Source: a virus
Taxonomy: Duplodnaviria; Caudoviricetes
IMG/VR virus record: IMGVR_UViG_2721755344_000002
Location: 50,308-114,307 of that record
Direction: 5' to 3' (one strand)
Length of the DNA stretch: 64,000 nt
The position numbers and the translations under genes were made by a program. Below the pieces are notes generated by a model. The model made no database searches. It was not told the origin of the DNA and worked only from the letters and a program-made list of their open reading frames with translations. Shown here piece by piece: positions 27,250-36,348 of the stretch (its first letter is position 1; each line of letters begins with the position of its first letter).

Positions 27250-28101
27250 TTATTTTCGATGCTCTCGTTGTCCACCCTGACGTCCGCCTTGATGAATCGC
27301 TCCGCCCTGTCGAGTTGTACCCTGACGTCCACCTTGATGAATTGCTCCGCCCTGACGAGTTCCACCCTGACGTCCACCTTGAATTGCTCCACCCTGTCGA
27401 GTTGTACCCTGTCGAGTACCTTGACGAATTGTACCCTGTCGAGTTGTACCCTGTCGAGTTGTACCCTGTCGAGTACCTTGACGAATTGTACCCTGTCGAG
27501 TTGTACCCTGTCGAGTACCTTGATGAATTGCTCCACCTTGAGGAGTTCGAGTTCTACCATCTCCTCTTAAACCGGGGCGGTGGTCAAAATGTCTGCCTCT
27601 AGTACCCCAGTTACGATGGTCTCTCCAATGCCCTCTATCGTGCCAGCCTCTCCAGTTTCTATGAAAATCACGATAATGAATCCTATGATAATCCCACCTA
27701 TGACCACCCCACATATGGTTACGGTAATTATCTCTCCAATGTGGATGAATAGTTACATACCAAGTTGGGATACCACTATAAAAGATCCAGCCAGAATCGT
27801 AAGCTCTGGAACGATACCATCTGCCATTCCAAAGTCTAAACCACCATCCGCCATAAAAATAGATGTCTTCCTGAATTTCAGGAACAACATACACTTCCGT
27901 TTCGGGTAACACTATAACTTCAGGAGGTTCAACAAATACGATCGGAGGAGGAAGTTCTACAACCACTTGAGGTGGCGGAGGAACTTCTATCGTAATACGA
28001 GGCGGAGGGGGCACTACCACCCTCACCTTCTGCGCAAAAGCTGGACTGATTACCAAGCTTAGCACTACTAATACTGAAAACACAAAAGCTAATTTCTTCA
28101 T
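27250..28101 (-). CDS. secreted Pro-rich/Trp-rich protein with G-x-x-R-Q repeat tail
   Basis: signal peptide, PPPP runs, YFYGGWWFR..GRWYRS, low-complexity GTTRQ/GAIHQ tail. Confidence 0.8.
   Translation of the reverse strand: MKKLAFVFSVLVVLSLVISPAFAQKVRVVVPPPPRITIEVPPPPQVVVELPPPIVFVEPPEVIVLPETEVYVVPEIQEDIYFYGGWWFRLWNGRWYRSRAYDSGWIFYSGIPTWYVTIHPHWRDNYRNHMWGGHRWDYHRIHYRDFHRNWRGWHDRGHWRDHRNWGTRGRHFDHRPGLRGDGRTRTPQGGAIHQGTRQGTTRQGTIRQGTRQGTTRQGTTRQGTIRQGTRQGTTRQGGAIQGGRQGGTRQGGAIHQGGRQGTTRQGGAIHQGGRQGGQREHRK
27271..27545. repeat. coding tandem repeat (12-15 bp units, accctgtcgagt core)
   Basis: Encodes GTRQ/GTTRQ/GTIRQ/GAIHQ units in the 27250-28101 protein. Confidence 0.9.
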
Positions 28102-28474
28102 TCTTTTTTGTCCTTTCTTTTTAGTTTATCTTAAAACAACTTATTACACCCCCTTTCATTATTTATTTGATTCCGTTTACCTCCTTTCTCTACCATCTAC
28201 CCTGATATGGAGAGTCAATGAAATACTGTTTAATCATCATCACTATTCCAAATATTAGGTAGGCTAAAATTAGTGCCATTGGAATGTAATTCCTCTCTAC
28301 TTTAATAAAATTTCCACGACGGGGAATCCCGATTCTCCACCCCGCTCAGGCCCCCCATGACTCCCACTAAATATGTCATGTTATGGGATTTAATATCCAG
28401 CAAAGGATAGCTATCTATTGGCCCGTGCGATTTTATTGATCGTCTCGTACACCACGTGGTACTTTTTTAAAATA

Positions 28475-28551
28475 TGCGGTCTCTCCCGCCGTCACTGGTT
28501 GTTCTGTTCTTACCGGCATTTCCGCCGAACGTCCAGTCGTTGCGGTGCGGT
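28475..28551 (-). ncRNA. candidate structured RNA downstream of OmpA gene
   Basis: ACTGG/CCAGT enclosing CGGC-GGAAAT-GCCG, then GCGG-GAGAGA-CCGC. Confidence 0.4.
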
Positions 28552-29238
28552 CTATTCAATCTGAAACTCTACTCTTCGATTCTGTTTACGTCCTTCTTCA
28601 GTCTTGTTATCGCAACAAGGTTTAGATTCACCATAACCCTTAACCTTCAATCTGTCTGATTGAATACTGAATTTATCCTGCAAGTACTTGGATGCACTAT
28701 TAGCTCTCTTTTCAGAAATAATCTTATTAGTCGCATCCGGCCCCTTACTATCTGTATGCCCGCCAACCTCTACTTTGATACTTGGGTTTTCTTTCAAAAC
28801 CACACCATTTTTATCCAACGTCTTAGCTGCGTTAGGTGTAATATTTGATTTATTACTATCAAAATAGATCGGTTCAAGAATTGGTTTAGACTTCTTAACC
28901 ACTGGAGGCACAGGAGGTACTCGAGGAACTACCGGAGGAACAACCTTCGGAACAACCTTCGGAGGAACTACCACCCGAGGAGGAACAACGGCAACTGGTG
29001 TGGATTTAGGATGCTTATCTACAAAACTTGACCCTATACAAGTTGTATGCCAACCATCCAACTCTTCTTTGTCTACATACACTACATACTCGCCCTGTAT
29101 CATAACAGGAAAACCAGAAGGCTGGTTTAACGAAGATGGAATATAGTATGTAATTATTGGAAAGTTATTGGCAAGACCTACCCCGGAAAAGACGAAAACA
29201 AAAGCTAAAGCTAAAACTAAAGCTAACATTTTTTTCAT
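28552..29238 (-). CDS. OmpA-like peptidoglycan-binding domain protein
   Basis: signal peptide, Pro-rich linker, IYFD, VGGHTDS, N..ISEKRA, GYGESKP, NRRVEF. Confidence 0.92.
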   Translation of the reverse strand: MKKMLALVLALAFVFVFSGVGLANNFPIITYYIPSSLNQPSGFPVMIQGEYVVYVDKEELDGWHTTCIGSSFVDKHPKSTPVAVVPPRVVVPPKVVPKVVPPVVPRVPPVPPVVKKSKPILEPIYFDSNKSNITPNAAKTLDKNGVVLKENPSIKVEVGGHTDSKGPDATNKIISEKRANSASKYLQDKFSIQSDRLKVKGYGESKPCCDNKTEEGRKQNRRVEFQIE

Positions 29239-29251
29239 AAACTACCTCCAT

Positions 29252-29283
29252 AAAAAAGGGGTGGGGCGAAAACCCCACCCCTT
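29252..29283 (-). terminator. rho-independent terminator
   Basis: GGGGTGGGG-ttttcg-CCCCACCCC followed by TTTTTT. Confidence 0.85.
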
Positions 29284-29306
29284 AAAATACTATTTAAATT
29301 CTTTGA

Positions 29307-30182
29307 TTATTGAATTTCAAAGAACTTAATAATATAAGTCGGGTCGGCTGTACTTCTTGTGTATCCAGGAAGAATCGCACCAGTAGCTCCGTATCCTAAT
29401 GGATTTGTTCCGCCACCAATTCCTGATAAAGAAGCTGAACCACCACCACCAACTCCGGCACCCATAGCACTATCTTTATACTGGACAAGGTAGCGAACTT
29501 TTGCAAGATTGAAATCTTTGCTACCATACTTGTCGACGATACCCTTGAAAGCATCCAGCAAATCTTCTTCGATGTCTTCCAATCGGACTCTATCAAAGAT
29601 AGAACCGCTGACTACTTTTAAAACTCGTTTAACTTTCTCGCCCTTATAAGGAAGAGCAGGAATGTCAAACAAAACTACCTGAGCCGTTACGTCACCAACT
29701 CGCCCTCCCTGAATAAGAGGAATTGGCATAGGAATAACCTGAGGAGCACCCAAAAACTGCTTTGTGTCCTCAATAATTTGGGTATTACTCATACTCTGAG
29801 ACTGAGACTGGGATTGAGTCTGACTTTGTTTCTGTCCCTGTTTCTGTCCCTGAATATTCCCAATAGCCATATTTGTATTGACATTGGTGTTTCTGTTATC
29901 ATTGTTATTCAAATTGGCATTGGTATTGATATTAGTATTCGTATTTTTGTTGCTGTTGTTATTGGTATTAGTAATATCGCCAACACCACCATCACCGTCA
30001 ATACCAGTACCTACAAATATGTCACTCACATGCCCTGCTGGGTTGCTTGCATAATATACCACGTTGCTTCCATTCCCAGCAGTGTAAAATCCAGGCCCCT
30101 GCCAGTCGGTGATCTCTGCAAATGCTGGAACTGCCACCGCCATAGTCGCTACTAAAACTAACGCTAACAAATACTTTTTCAT
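29307..30182 (-). CDS. secreted Asn/Gln-rich protein
   Basis: Start refined to MKKYLL (GGAGG RBS); signal peptide; NTN and QSQ repeats. Confidence 0.75.
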   Translation of the reverse strand: MKKYLLALVLVATMAVAVPAFAEITDWQGPGFYTAGNGSNVVYYASNPAGHVSDIFVGTGIDGDGGVGDITNTNNNSNKNTNTNINTNANLNNNDNRNTNVNTNMAIGNIQGQKQGQKQSQTQSQSQSQSMSNTQIIEDTKQFLGAPQVIPMPIPLIQGGRVGDVTAQVVLFDIPALPYKGEKVKRVLKVVSGSIFDRVRLEDIEEDLLDAFKGIVDKYGSKDFNLAKVRYLVQYKDSAMGAGVGGGGSASLSGIGGGTNPLGYGATGAILPGYTRSTADPTYIIKFFEIQ

Positions 30183-30389
30183 AATTTCCAATCCTCCATT
30201 TTTATTTTGGTTAAATTGTTTAGGCACTATTGCCATACATCTCTTCATTATTTCACTTTTCACTTATCAATAAAATTAATCAATCGCTTCGCACCACCTC
30301 CTTTTCTTCACAGTAGCCCTACGAGGTTATTCGGGTTAATGCAGTCCATCTGCTACTAATTTTGAATGACAATTTCATCTTACCTAAAT

Positions 30390-30418
30390 ATAATAACATA
30401 AAAAAATCTGTTTGTCAA
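30390..30418 (-). promoter_or_regulatory. sigma70-type promoter
   Basis: TTGACA-17-(TGT)TATTAT. Confidence 0.7.
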
Positions 30419-30447
30419 GTCATTTATAAACTACTCCACTAAATTCT

Positions 30448-30849
30448 TTACCAGGTAGAAACTTTATCAACTTTTAATTGCCTCAGCATTAACATTACAT
30501 CTCCGTCTTTATCGGGCTCGAGCCATATTTTTTCGCCCTCCACATTATCCAAGTTCTTATATCTTTTAATAGCCATAAAAGAAATTTCTCCAATTTCTCC
30601 ATCCTTAAAAATTTCTCCAATTTCCCCATTACCGTTGACCTTAACCCCTCTATGAAAGTGAAAGTATCCAATTATCCTTCCGTCCACTTCAATATAAACA
30701 TGTTCCACCTCCGCAACTTTCCGATCTAGGTTTATCCCAAATCTAACATAAGGTCTGCCTATACTAAATCCTTTCTTTTTTATAAAAGGTTTAACAATAG
30801 GAATTTCTGGATAACCTTCCAGTCTGATTCTGCGTTTAGGCTTTGTCAA
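30448..30849 (-). CDS. hypothetical protein with N-terminal KRRIRL motif
   Basis: MTKPKRRIRLE. Confidence 0.6.
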   Translation of the reverse strand: MTKPKRRIRLEGYPEIPIVKPFIKKKGFSIGRPYVRFGINLDRKVAEVEHVYIEVDGRIIGYFHFHRGVKVNGNGEIGEIFKDGEIGEISFMAIKRYKNLDNVEGEKIWLEPDKDGDVMLMLRQLKVDKVSTW

Positions 30850-31336
30850 TTCTTATTAACCTCTTCTTCTTGTAGTCTCTTTTAAGAATTGGTTTGGGTC
30901 CATCCAAAACAATATATTTACCAATCACATCTCGAAAATCTTTCAGTGATTCTTTAATTTCTTTTTTGAGCTCGCCAAAAGTCCATTTCTTACCTGATGC
31001 TCTACTGGAGGATCCATAATGAGCATAATCCCCAGCATGCCCATAGTCCCACCCATAAAAAAACCAGCCCGATGGCAAATAAACATCATCTCCACCTCCA
31101 GCAAAAGTCAATCCTCCGTGACAATGAAAAGGATTAAAAATATCGTCCTCATAACTTTTATTAGCTAAGGAATGATCTAAAGGAATACCTATATAACAAC
31201 ACCAAGCCATTGGTCCCCGCATTATTATTGAACGAAATGAACCAAAAGCTTCGATGTCGGTAACGTCATAGACAATCGTCCCCATTTCTAACTTACCCAA
31301 ATCCCAAAAATCTTCACTCACGTTAAATCTTTTCAT
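30836..31336 (-). CDS. conserved hypothetical phage protein with KRLIRI tail
   Basis: CHGGLTF, GWDYGHAGD. Confidence 0.75.
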   Translation of the reverse strand: MKRFNVSEDFWDLGKLEMGTIVYDVTDIEAFGSFRSIIMRGPMAWCCYIGIPLDHSLANKSYEDDIFNPFHCHGGLTFAGGGDDVYLPSGWFFYGWDYGHAGDYAHYGSSSRASGKKWTFGELKKEIKESLKDFRDVIGKYIVLDGPKPILKRDYKKKRLIRIDKA

Positions 31337-31518
31337 AGTCTTTCGGCAACATCCTCTATTCTTTCGCCTTCAGCTCTTGGATGAGCAGATAAATACAGAA
31401 CACAAGACGAGCAAACGAAATCTTTATCATAACTAACCACTTGTTGGTCTTTCTTAGACGGTGGTTTCTTACACAGCAGACATAATCCTTCGATATTTTC
31501 CGACTTTTTTCTTTTCAT
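31333..31518 (-). CDS. zinc-finger hypothetical protein
   Basis: CLLC...CSSC. Confidence 0.6.
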   Translation of the reverse strand: MKRKKSENIEGLCLLCKKPPSKKDQQVVSYDKDFVCSSCVLYLSAHPRAEGERIEDVAERL

Positions 31519-31534
31519 TAATCGCTCCTTCCAG

Positions 31535-31756
31535 TCAATAGATTAAGCCACCTCGCACTTTTTCAATTTCTCTTTCGTGCAAAATCAATTCAATATCTCT
31601 CTCATAATTCCTTAAATAATTAACCCGATCTTCAGCTCCCCTTAGCGCTCTTCCGATTCGATCAAGCCTTTTTCTCAGAGTAGGTGTTCCTGCCTTTCTT
31701 AGTACTTTCATTCTTTGCTGAGGATTCATTTTTACCTCCTTAAATATGCAAATCAC
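31535..31756 (-). CDS. basic hypothetical protein
   Basis: likely start MNPQQ after AGGAGG. Confidence 0.6.
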   Translation of the reverse strand: MICIFKEVKMNPQQRMKVLRKAGTPTLRKRLDRIGRALRGAEDRVNYLRNYERDIELILHEREIEKVRGGLIY

Positions 31757-32507
31757 ATCCTACTGCTAAATGCCCTTTATACTTATTATAGATAAAGAGC
31801 GCCATTTCTTTCCAATCCTTCCCATCTTTTTCATCAGACACTAATGCCCACCATCCCATCTTCCCCTTTTCGTGCCATTTTCCATCTGGAGTGACGATTG
31901 CAAAAGGAATAATCTGATTTTCAAATAAAAAATCTGTAATATCACAGTTGTTGGACACTTCTTCGTGGTCATTCGCAAAATTGAAGCCTCCGTCTGAGCT
32001 CGGGCGGCTTTCATTTTTAATGTCTCCGTCCCATCTTCCTCCCACTCTCCAATAATCCCATTTCGAGTCCGGATTGTACTCGGTTCTTACTATTCCTGTC
32101 CCTTTACAGTCGCTACAATCTGGAATTGGAGACTTCTTCAAAGTTGCTAGCAATTCACGCTCTAGCTTATCTCTATCATCCAAAACTTCTCTTTGCCACA
32201 ATCTGCGACGCTCTTCTTCCAACTCATTGTCAAATTCGCCAGGAAGGTGCGACTCTACTGAATGAAACTCTGGATGCGCTTCTCTAAATCGCTCTCGAGC
32301 AGAATCAAAAGTCCCGAACTCTTTATTTAGCTGTTCTTGAATGTCTTTCACAATTTCAGATCGAATACAATAACACTCCTGCTCGTAAGAAGGAACTTGA
32401 AGTGACTCGTCAAATGGAGCTAGTAACTTTTCAACAGAAGAATATAATTTTGAATTTGGAGTCTCTTTTGGCAATATGATAACAGTAAAAAAGTGTGACA
32501 ATTTCAT
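31740..32507 (-). CDS. conserved hypothetical phage protein
   Basis: YNPDSKWDYWRVGGRW, FAIVTPDGKWHEKG, ends DLHI. Confidence 0.8.
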   Translation of the reverse strand: MKLSHFFTVIILPKETPNSKLYSSVEKLLAPFDESLQVPSYEQECYCIRSEIVKDIQEQLNKEFGTFDSARERFREAHPEFHSVESHLPGEFDNELEEERRRLWQREVLDDRDKLERELLATLKKSPIPDCSDCKGTGIVRTEYNPDSKWDYWRVGGRWDGDIKNESRPSSDGGFNFANDHEEVSNNCDITDFLFENQIIPFAIVTPDGKWHEKGKMGWWALVSDEKDGKDWKEMALFIYNKYKGHLAVGCDLHI

Positions 32508-32530
32508 CCTCCATTCATTACATATAATAT

Positions 32531-32559
32531 ATTATACCAAATAAAAATCATCTTGTCAA
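32531..32559 (-). promoter_or_regulatory. sigma70-type promoter
   Basis: TTGACA-17-(TGG)TATAAT. Confidence 0.8.
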
Positions 32560-32670
32560 GTTCTTTTGCATTCAAAAACAAAAAGTCCAGCATATTTCAT
32601 CCGGAGTTTGAAATTTAACTCCCTGCGATGATGTTTGTGCAATCCAAAGATATACTATCATCATTTTCTT

Positions 32671-33597
32671 CTACTCCTTTCTCATACAAATAATATCTTC
32701 CCAATCTATCTTTGGAGCCCCTTGCTTCTCTACCAATCTTCTAAAAAAGCTCTTTCGCTGTTTAACCTTATCCTCCCCAATCCATATAGATTGAGCTACT
32801 CCTACCATCGTAGCTAGATGCCTGCATACTAAAATAAAACCAATATCTTCACACAAAGCAAGCCACGTATCGCTAAATGGTACTCGTTGCCCTTTTCTAA
32901 CATAATCTTTAGTATTCCAAATAGCATACCCTCCAGGCTTGAGCAGTTCGTAACACTGCTCTAATATAACCCTTGCACCACTCCAAAAAGCATCGCCTTT
33001 CTCGTTGCCTAAATTTTTACTTGAAGCTTCCGCATATTGAAAGTTTGTAACCTTTTTGCCTGCAAGCTTATCTCTACCCACAATTCCGTAATCTCCGTGC
33101 CCGCTTGCAGACGACTCATATGGAGGGCTACTTATGCATATATCTATTTTCCCGCTCACATATTTTTTCAACTCCATAGAATTACCAGCCATAAGAACAG
33201 CTAAGTTTTTCTTCCACTCCAACATCCCTTCCCACAATAAAATATTTTGCTTACCTATATTTGCAAAATTCTCCTCGAGCTCAATCCCTACCCAAAACAC
33301 ATCCTGAATCATCGCATCCAAACCTCCAAGAGCAATACCTCCAAACGGATCTATTACCCTTGAATTTCTTGCTAACCACCCGTTTTCTATTGCGTGAGCG
33401 TAGATCCTCTGTATCACTCCCCTAGCAAATTTAGCAGGGTGATCGTCAACAATAAGACCCCTCCAATTTTGATTAAAACATTCTTCCCATTTATCGGGAT
33501 AACTGCTCTCTACCAAAACGTCTCCCTTTGTTGCTAATCCAAAGCAAATGAGTTCCGTCGGATCGTCTCGTTCGACTCCTGAAAGTCGTGATATCAA
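32671..33597 (-). CDS. DNA amino-methyltransferase (motif I before motif IV)
   Basis: HPAKF, VIDPFGGI, GIELE, ISSPPY, LKPGG. Confidence 0.85.
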   Translation of the reverse strand: MISRLSGVERDDPTELICFGLATKGDVLVESSYPDKWEECFNQNWRGLIVDDHPAKFARGVIQRIYAHAIENGWLARNSRVIDPFGGIALGGLDAMIQDVFWVGIELEENFANIGKQNILLWEGMLEWKKNLAVLMAGNSMELKKYVSGKIDICISSPPYESSASGHGDYGIVGRDKLAGKKVTNFQYAEASSKNLGNEKGDAFWSGARVILEQCYELLKPGGYAIWNTKDYVRKGQRVPFSDTWLALCEDIGFILVCRHLATMVGVAQSIWIGEDKVKQRKSFFRRLVEKQGAPKIDWEDIICMRKE

Positions 33598-33772
33598 TTT
33601 CCCTTAGTCCTCGATCATAAGCCAGTAAAAGCCTCCCAGCGAGTTTGACAATCTGGTTGCCCTCTAATTTAAAACCTACGGTCTCCTGATTAAATAAGAT
33701 ACTATCAGCTCTGGGGTAAACTTTAGTACATCTCAAGTCTCTGTTCAATTCTTTTCTGGATTCCTTTGTCAT
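33491..33772 (-). CDS. hypothetical protein
   Basis: AGGAGG RBS. Confidence 0.6.
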   Translation of the reverse strand: MTKESRKELNRDLRCTKVYPRADSILFNQETVGFKLEGNQIVKLAGRLLLAYDRGLREIDITTFRSRTRRSDGTHLLWISNKGRRFGREQLSR

Positions 33773-34005
33773 AACATCCTCCTTAATTTAATAATAAATA
33801 TCACTTCACGATTAGTTCACGCTTACACCAACGACATTTAAATCGAGTTACATATTCGTCTAAACCAGCCCCCCGAATCGTTATTCGGCAATATGGGCAA
33901 GTATAAATACTATTTGTTGTTTCTAATTTTTCAAACCTAATCTTAATTTTATTAGACTTTCTCATAATTTCTTATAGCTAATCATACGAAGCGCCGATCC
34001 GGCCG

Positions 34006-34188
34006 TTAATAGTCAACAATCCAATCCTGTTTGTGAAATTTAAGGGCTACCGCCTTTAATTCTTGTAACTCCTTATCCGACAGGCTTATTGTGTATGTTC
34101 TGATGATTTGTCCATTCTCAACACCAGACCACGGGTAGCGAGGATTAAAACCATTCTCGATCCTTTTTACGAGCTCACTTAATTTCAT
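34006..34188 (-). CDS. hypothetical protein flanked by 16-bp direct repeats
   Basis: GGAG RBS. Confidence 0.55.
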   Translation of the reverse strand: MKLSELVKRIENGFNPRYPWSGVENGQIIRTYTISLSDKELQELKAVALKFHKQDWIVDY

Positions 34189-34246
34189 GTTTACGCTCCA
34201 TTTTGGATGATAGGCATGAATTCTATACTATATATTAGACTTTCTC

Positions 34247-34275
34247 ATTATACCAAATAAAAACTATCTTGTCAA
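34247..34275 (-). promoter_or_regulatory. sigma70-type promoter
   Basis: TTGACA-17-(TGG)TATAAT. Confidence 0.8.
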
Positions 34276-34276
34276 G

Positions 34277-34720
34277 TCACTTTTGTTCCAACAAACTTAG
34301 AACTCCAGCAGCAGAATAATTGATTACATCCAACAGCTCATTTATAATATCGTTAACTGGATACTTCTCTTTATCCATCTTCATAGCCTGTTCTAATTTT
34401 TTTCCCGATTGGAATAACGGGCCCCCAATACCAAAAACCTTAGTCCCTCTTACTATCCATTGTTCCTCAAATGATTCTCCGTGCGAATGATGTTGATGTC
34501 CTTTTCCAACAGCTGCTCTCTCATAAGCGAGTCCTAGTATATCTACTAATTTTTGATATTTTGGGTCTATCTTTTCAAAAGCCACTTTATACTCCTTTTC
34601 TCGGTTTCCGAAACATGCAACCGCAAGCCGCAAATCTATCCCATCTAATATTCTTACCGATATGCCCCCTTCCGTAACAACTTGAACAATTCTTCGCTGG
34701 AAGACGGTCGATAGGAACAA
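34277..34720 (-). CDS. conserved hypothetical phage protein
   Basis: AYERAA.GKG..HH..GESFEEQ...ELLDVINY; true start probably downstream (GTG). Confidence 0.65.
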   Translation of the reverse strand: MFLSTVFQRRIVQVVTEGGISVRILDGIDLRLAVACFGNREKEYKVAFEKIDPKYQKLVDILGLAYERAAVGKGHQHHSHGESFEEQWIVRGTKVFGIGGPLFQSGKKLEQAMKMDKEKYPVNDIINELLDVINYSAAGVLSLLEQK

Positions 34721-34892
34721 ATCCTCCTTTACTCATATCTGTATCAAAATCTTCTTTGGTGTCATAAGATTTTATTTCACCATTTAAAGAATTAAAAGTC
34801 CATTTCTTTTCCGTTGTTACATTACTAACAACTTCTTTCAATTCCTCTTCTTTTTCTGGCGTTAAATTATTAAGTGGATTAGGCACTACCAT
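34587..34892 (-). CDS. zinc-finger hypothetical protein
   Basis: CSSCYGRG...CGC. Confidence 0.65.
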   Translation of the reverse strand: MVVPNPLNNLTPEKEEELKEVVSNVTTEKKWTFNSLNGEIKSYDTKEDFDTDMSKGGFVPIDRLPAKNCSSCYGRGHIGKNIRWDRFAACGCMFRKPRKGV

Positions 34893-35347
34893 AATTTTCC
34901 CTCCTTAACCAGAGTGGGAATATGATATATTCCTGGCTCAATTAATTCCATTTGAATAACATAATCTATCCCCGCATTAATAATCAATCTTGCACAATTA
35001 TTGCACGGAAAATCTCCCATCCCAACATTATATTTTGTCCCGTTAAACCGTCTGTTGTGCGAGTTAATGTACATCGTAGCTCCCAAACACCCTTCCCTAC
35101 CGCCTGCCTGGACAATAGCATTAACTTCCGCATGGACCGCGTTGCACTTCTCATAACCAACTCCGGGCGGATCGTCTTCTCTTTTACATGGGTTACAATG
35201 AGGAACTCCTCTCGCAGGCCCGTTGTACCCTACACCAATAATCATATCATTCTTTACTATCACAGCTCCAAAATGACTCCGCAAACAACTTGAAGCCCTT
35301 GAAGCTTCTTTAGCCAAATTTAGATAATATTCAGTTTTATTTTTCAT
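34886..35347 (-). CDS. dCMP deaminase
   Basis: GAVIV, GYNG, VHAEVNAI, PCNNCARLIINAGI. Confidence 0.93.
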   Translation of the reverse strand: MKNKTEYYLNLAKEASRASSCLRSHFGAVIVKNDMIIGVGYNGPARGVPHCNPCKREDDPPGVGYEKCNAVHAEVNAIVQAGGREGCLGATMYINSHNRRFNGTKYNVGMGDFPCNNCARLIINAGIDYVIQMELIEPGIYHIPTLVKEGKLW

Positions 35348-35567
35348 CCTTCATCCTCTCTACGTCAACGGAACCTCCAGCAAAATCTAATGAATCAAAA
35401 ATAAATTCTTTCAGCCACTTTTCCTCGACTTCTTCTGATTCAAATTCTTGGTCTACCCATAAATCAACAATAAATTTCATAACGAGCTCATTCTGCTGTA
35501 TGCTCTCATATTCCAAGATTCGACCGCTGCGGATTTGGGATACCACCTCATAGTCATTATTCCGCAT
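35337..35567 (-). CDS. acidic hypothetical protein
   Basis: likely start MKFIV. Confidence 0.5.
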   Translation of the reverse strand: MRNNDYEVVSQIRSGRILEYESIQQNELVMKFIVDLWVDQEFESEEVEEKWLKEFIFDSLDFAGGSVDVERMKDEK

Positions 35568-35689
35568 CTTCGATTAGAGCATCGAACTTGATACAAAGTA
35601 TCTTTTTTTCCTGTTACCAACTTCGGATGAGATACATTTAGTTTAGCAACCGATCCGCAAAATGGACAGAACATTAAATTAAGCTTCAT
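35477..35689 (-). CDS. Lar (restriction alleviation)-like protein
   Basis: L..CPFCGS.A...C....C...AVESWN.R. Confidence 0.7.
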   Translation of the reverse strand: MKLNLMFCPFCGSVAKLNVSHPKLVTGKKDTLYQVRCSNRRCGIMTMRWYPKSAAVESWNMRAYSRMSSL

Positions 35690-36134
35690 TACTTACCTCT
35701 AACCTAAATAAACGTTTATGTTGTTCTCCTCTTTTTAGAGGAATATAAGGATTTAATTCTTTCATCCACTTTCTAGGCATCCTTCGCACAGTAGCCAATA
35801 TTTTTTTCTCGGCATCTTTTTGAACAAAGATTTTCCATTGGGGTTTATAAGCAAACGAAGACATAGACTTACGTTCCTCAAAATAAATCGTCTCTGTTAA
35901 ATTATAAGTTTTTATTAAAGTTCGGTGTGATTTCCTCCACCAAAAAGTTGTATGCACTAAAAGAGGTTCTTTCAACTCTTTGATGTATTTCTCTACATCT
36001 ATCCATCCTCCCTTAACTACAAAAGGATCTCCTTTTGGCGTATAACAAAAGGCAATAGTAAAAGGACTCATAGGTTGATTTGAACCCCACAAATTAGGAG
36101 TAGGTTGATAGGCAAAAACAATCTCTTTAAGCAT
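35679..36134 (-). CDS. hypothetical protein with KRLFRL tail
   Basis: 151-aa ORF. Confidence 0.7.
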   Translation of the reverse strand: MLKEIVFAYQPTPNLWGSNQPMSPFTIAFCYTPKGDPFVVKGGWIDVEKYIKELKEPLLVHTTFWWRKSHRTLIKTYNLTETIYFEERKSMSSFAYKPQWKIFVQKDAEKKILATVRRMPRKWMKELNPYIPLKRGEQHKRLFRLEVSNEA

Positions 36135-36348
36135 CCAAAGTCCTCATATTCTTAATCCATTTAGTAGGAATACAAAGAACTCCACTTACTTCGAGTTCAT
36201 CTCTTCCCCCATCTTTTTGATAAAAGTCCCTACATAATACAATTTGATCTTCCGTCTGAGATAAAAGTCTCCCCACACTCCTTACCGTACTATCATCATA
36301 CGAACAAGCATCCAACCATTCAACCTCGACAACAAGTGTCTTTTCCAT
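36127..36348 (-). CDS. conserved hypothetical phage protein
   Basis: VEVEWLDA...SVG.L...IP..WI. Confidence 0.7.
   Translation of the reverse strand: MEKTLVVEVEWLDACSYDDSTVRSVGRLLSQTEDQIVLCRDFYQKDGGRDELEVSGVLCIPTKWIKNMRTLDA

Noticed and set aside
27271-27545. Repeat array as CRISPR or regulatory array
   Set aside because: Units are 12-15 bp, contiguous, have no unique spacers and encode the low-complexity tail of the 27250-28101 protein.
26874-27602. ORFs 26874-27560 (N-terminal part), 27259-27570 and 27315-27602
   Set aside because: These are alternative frames kept open by the repeat. A consensus promoter at 27133-27161 lies inside, so only 26874-27125 is credible.
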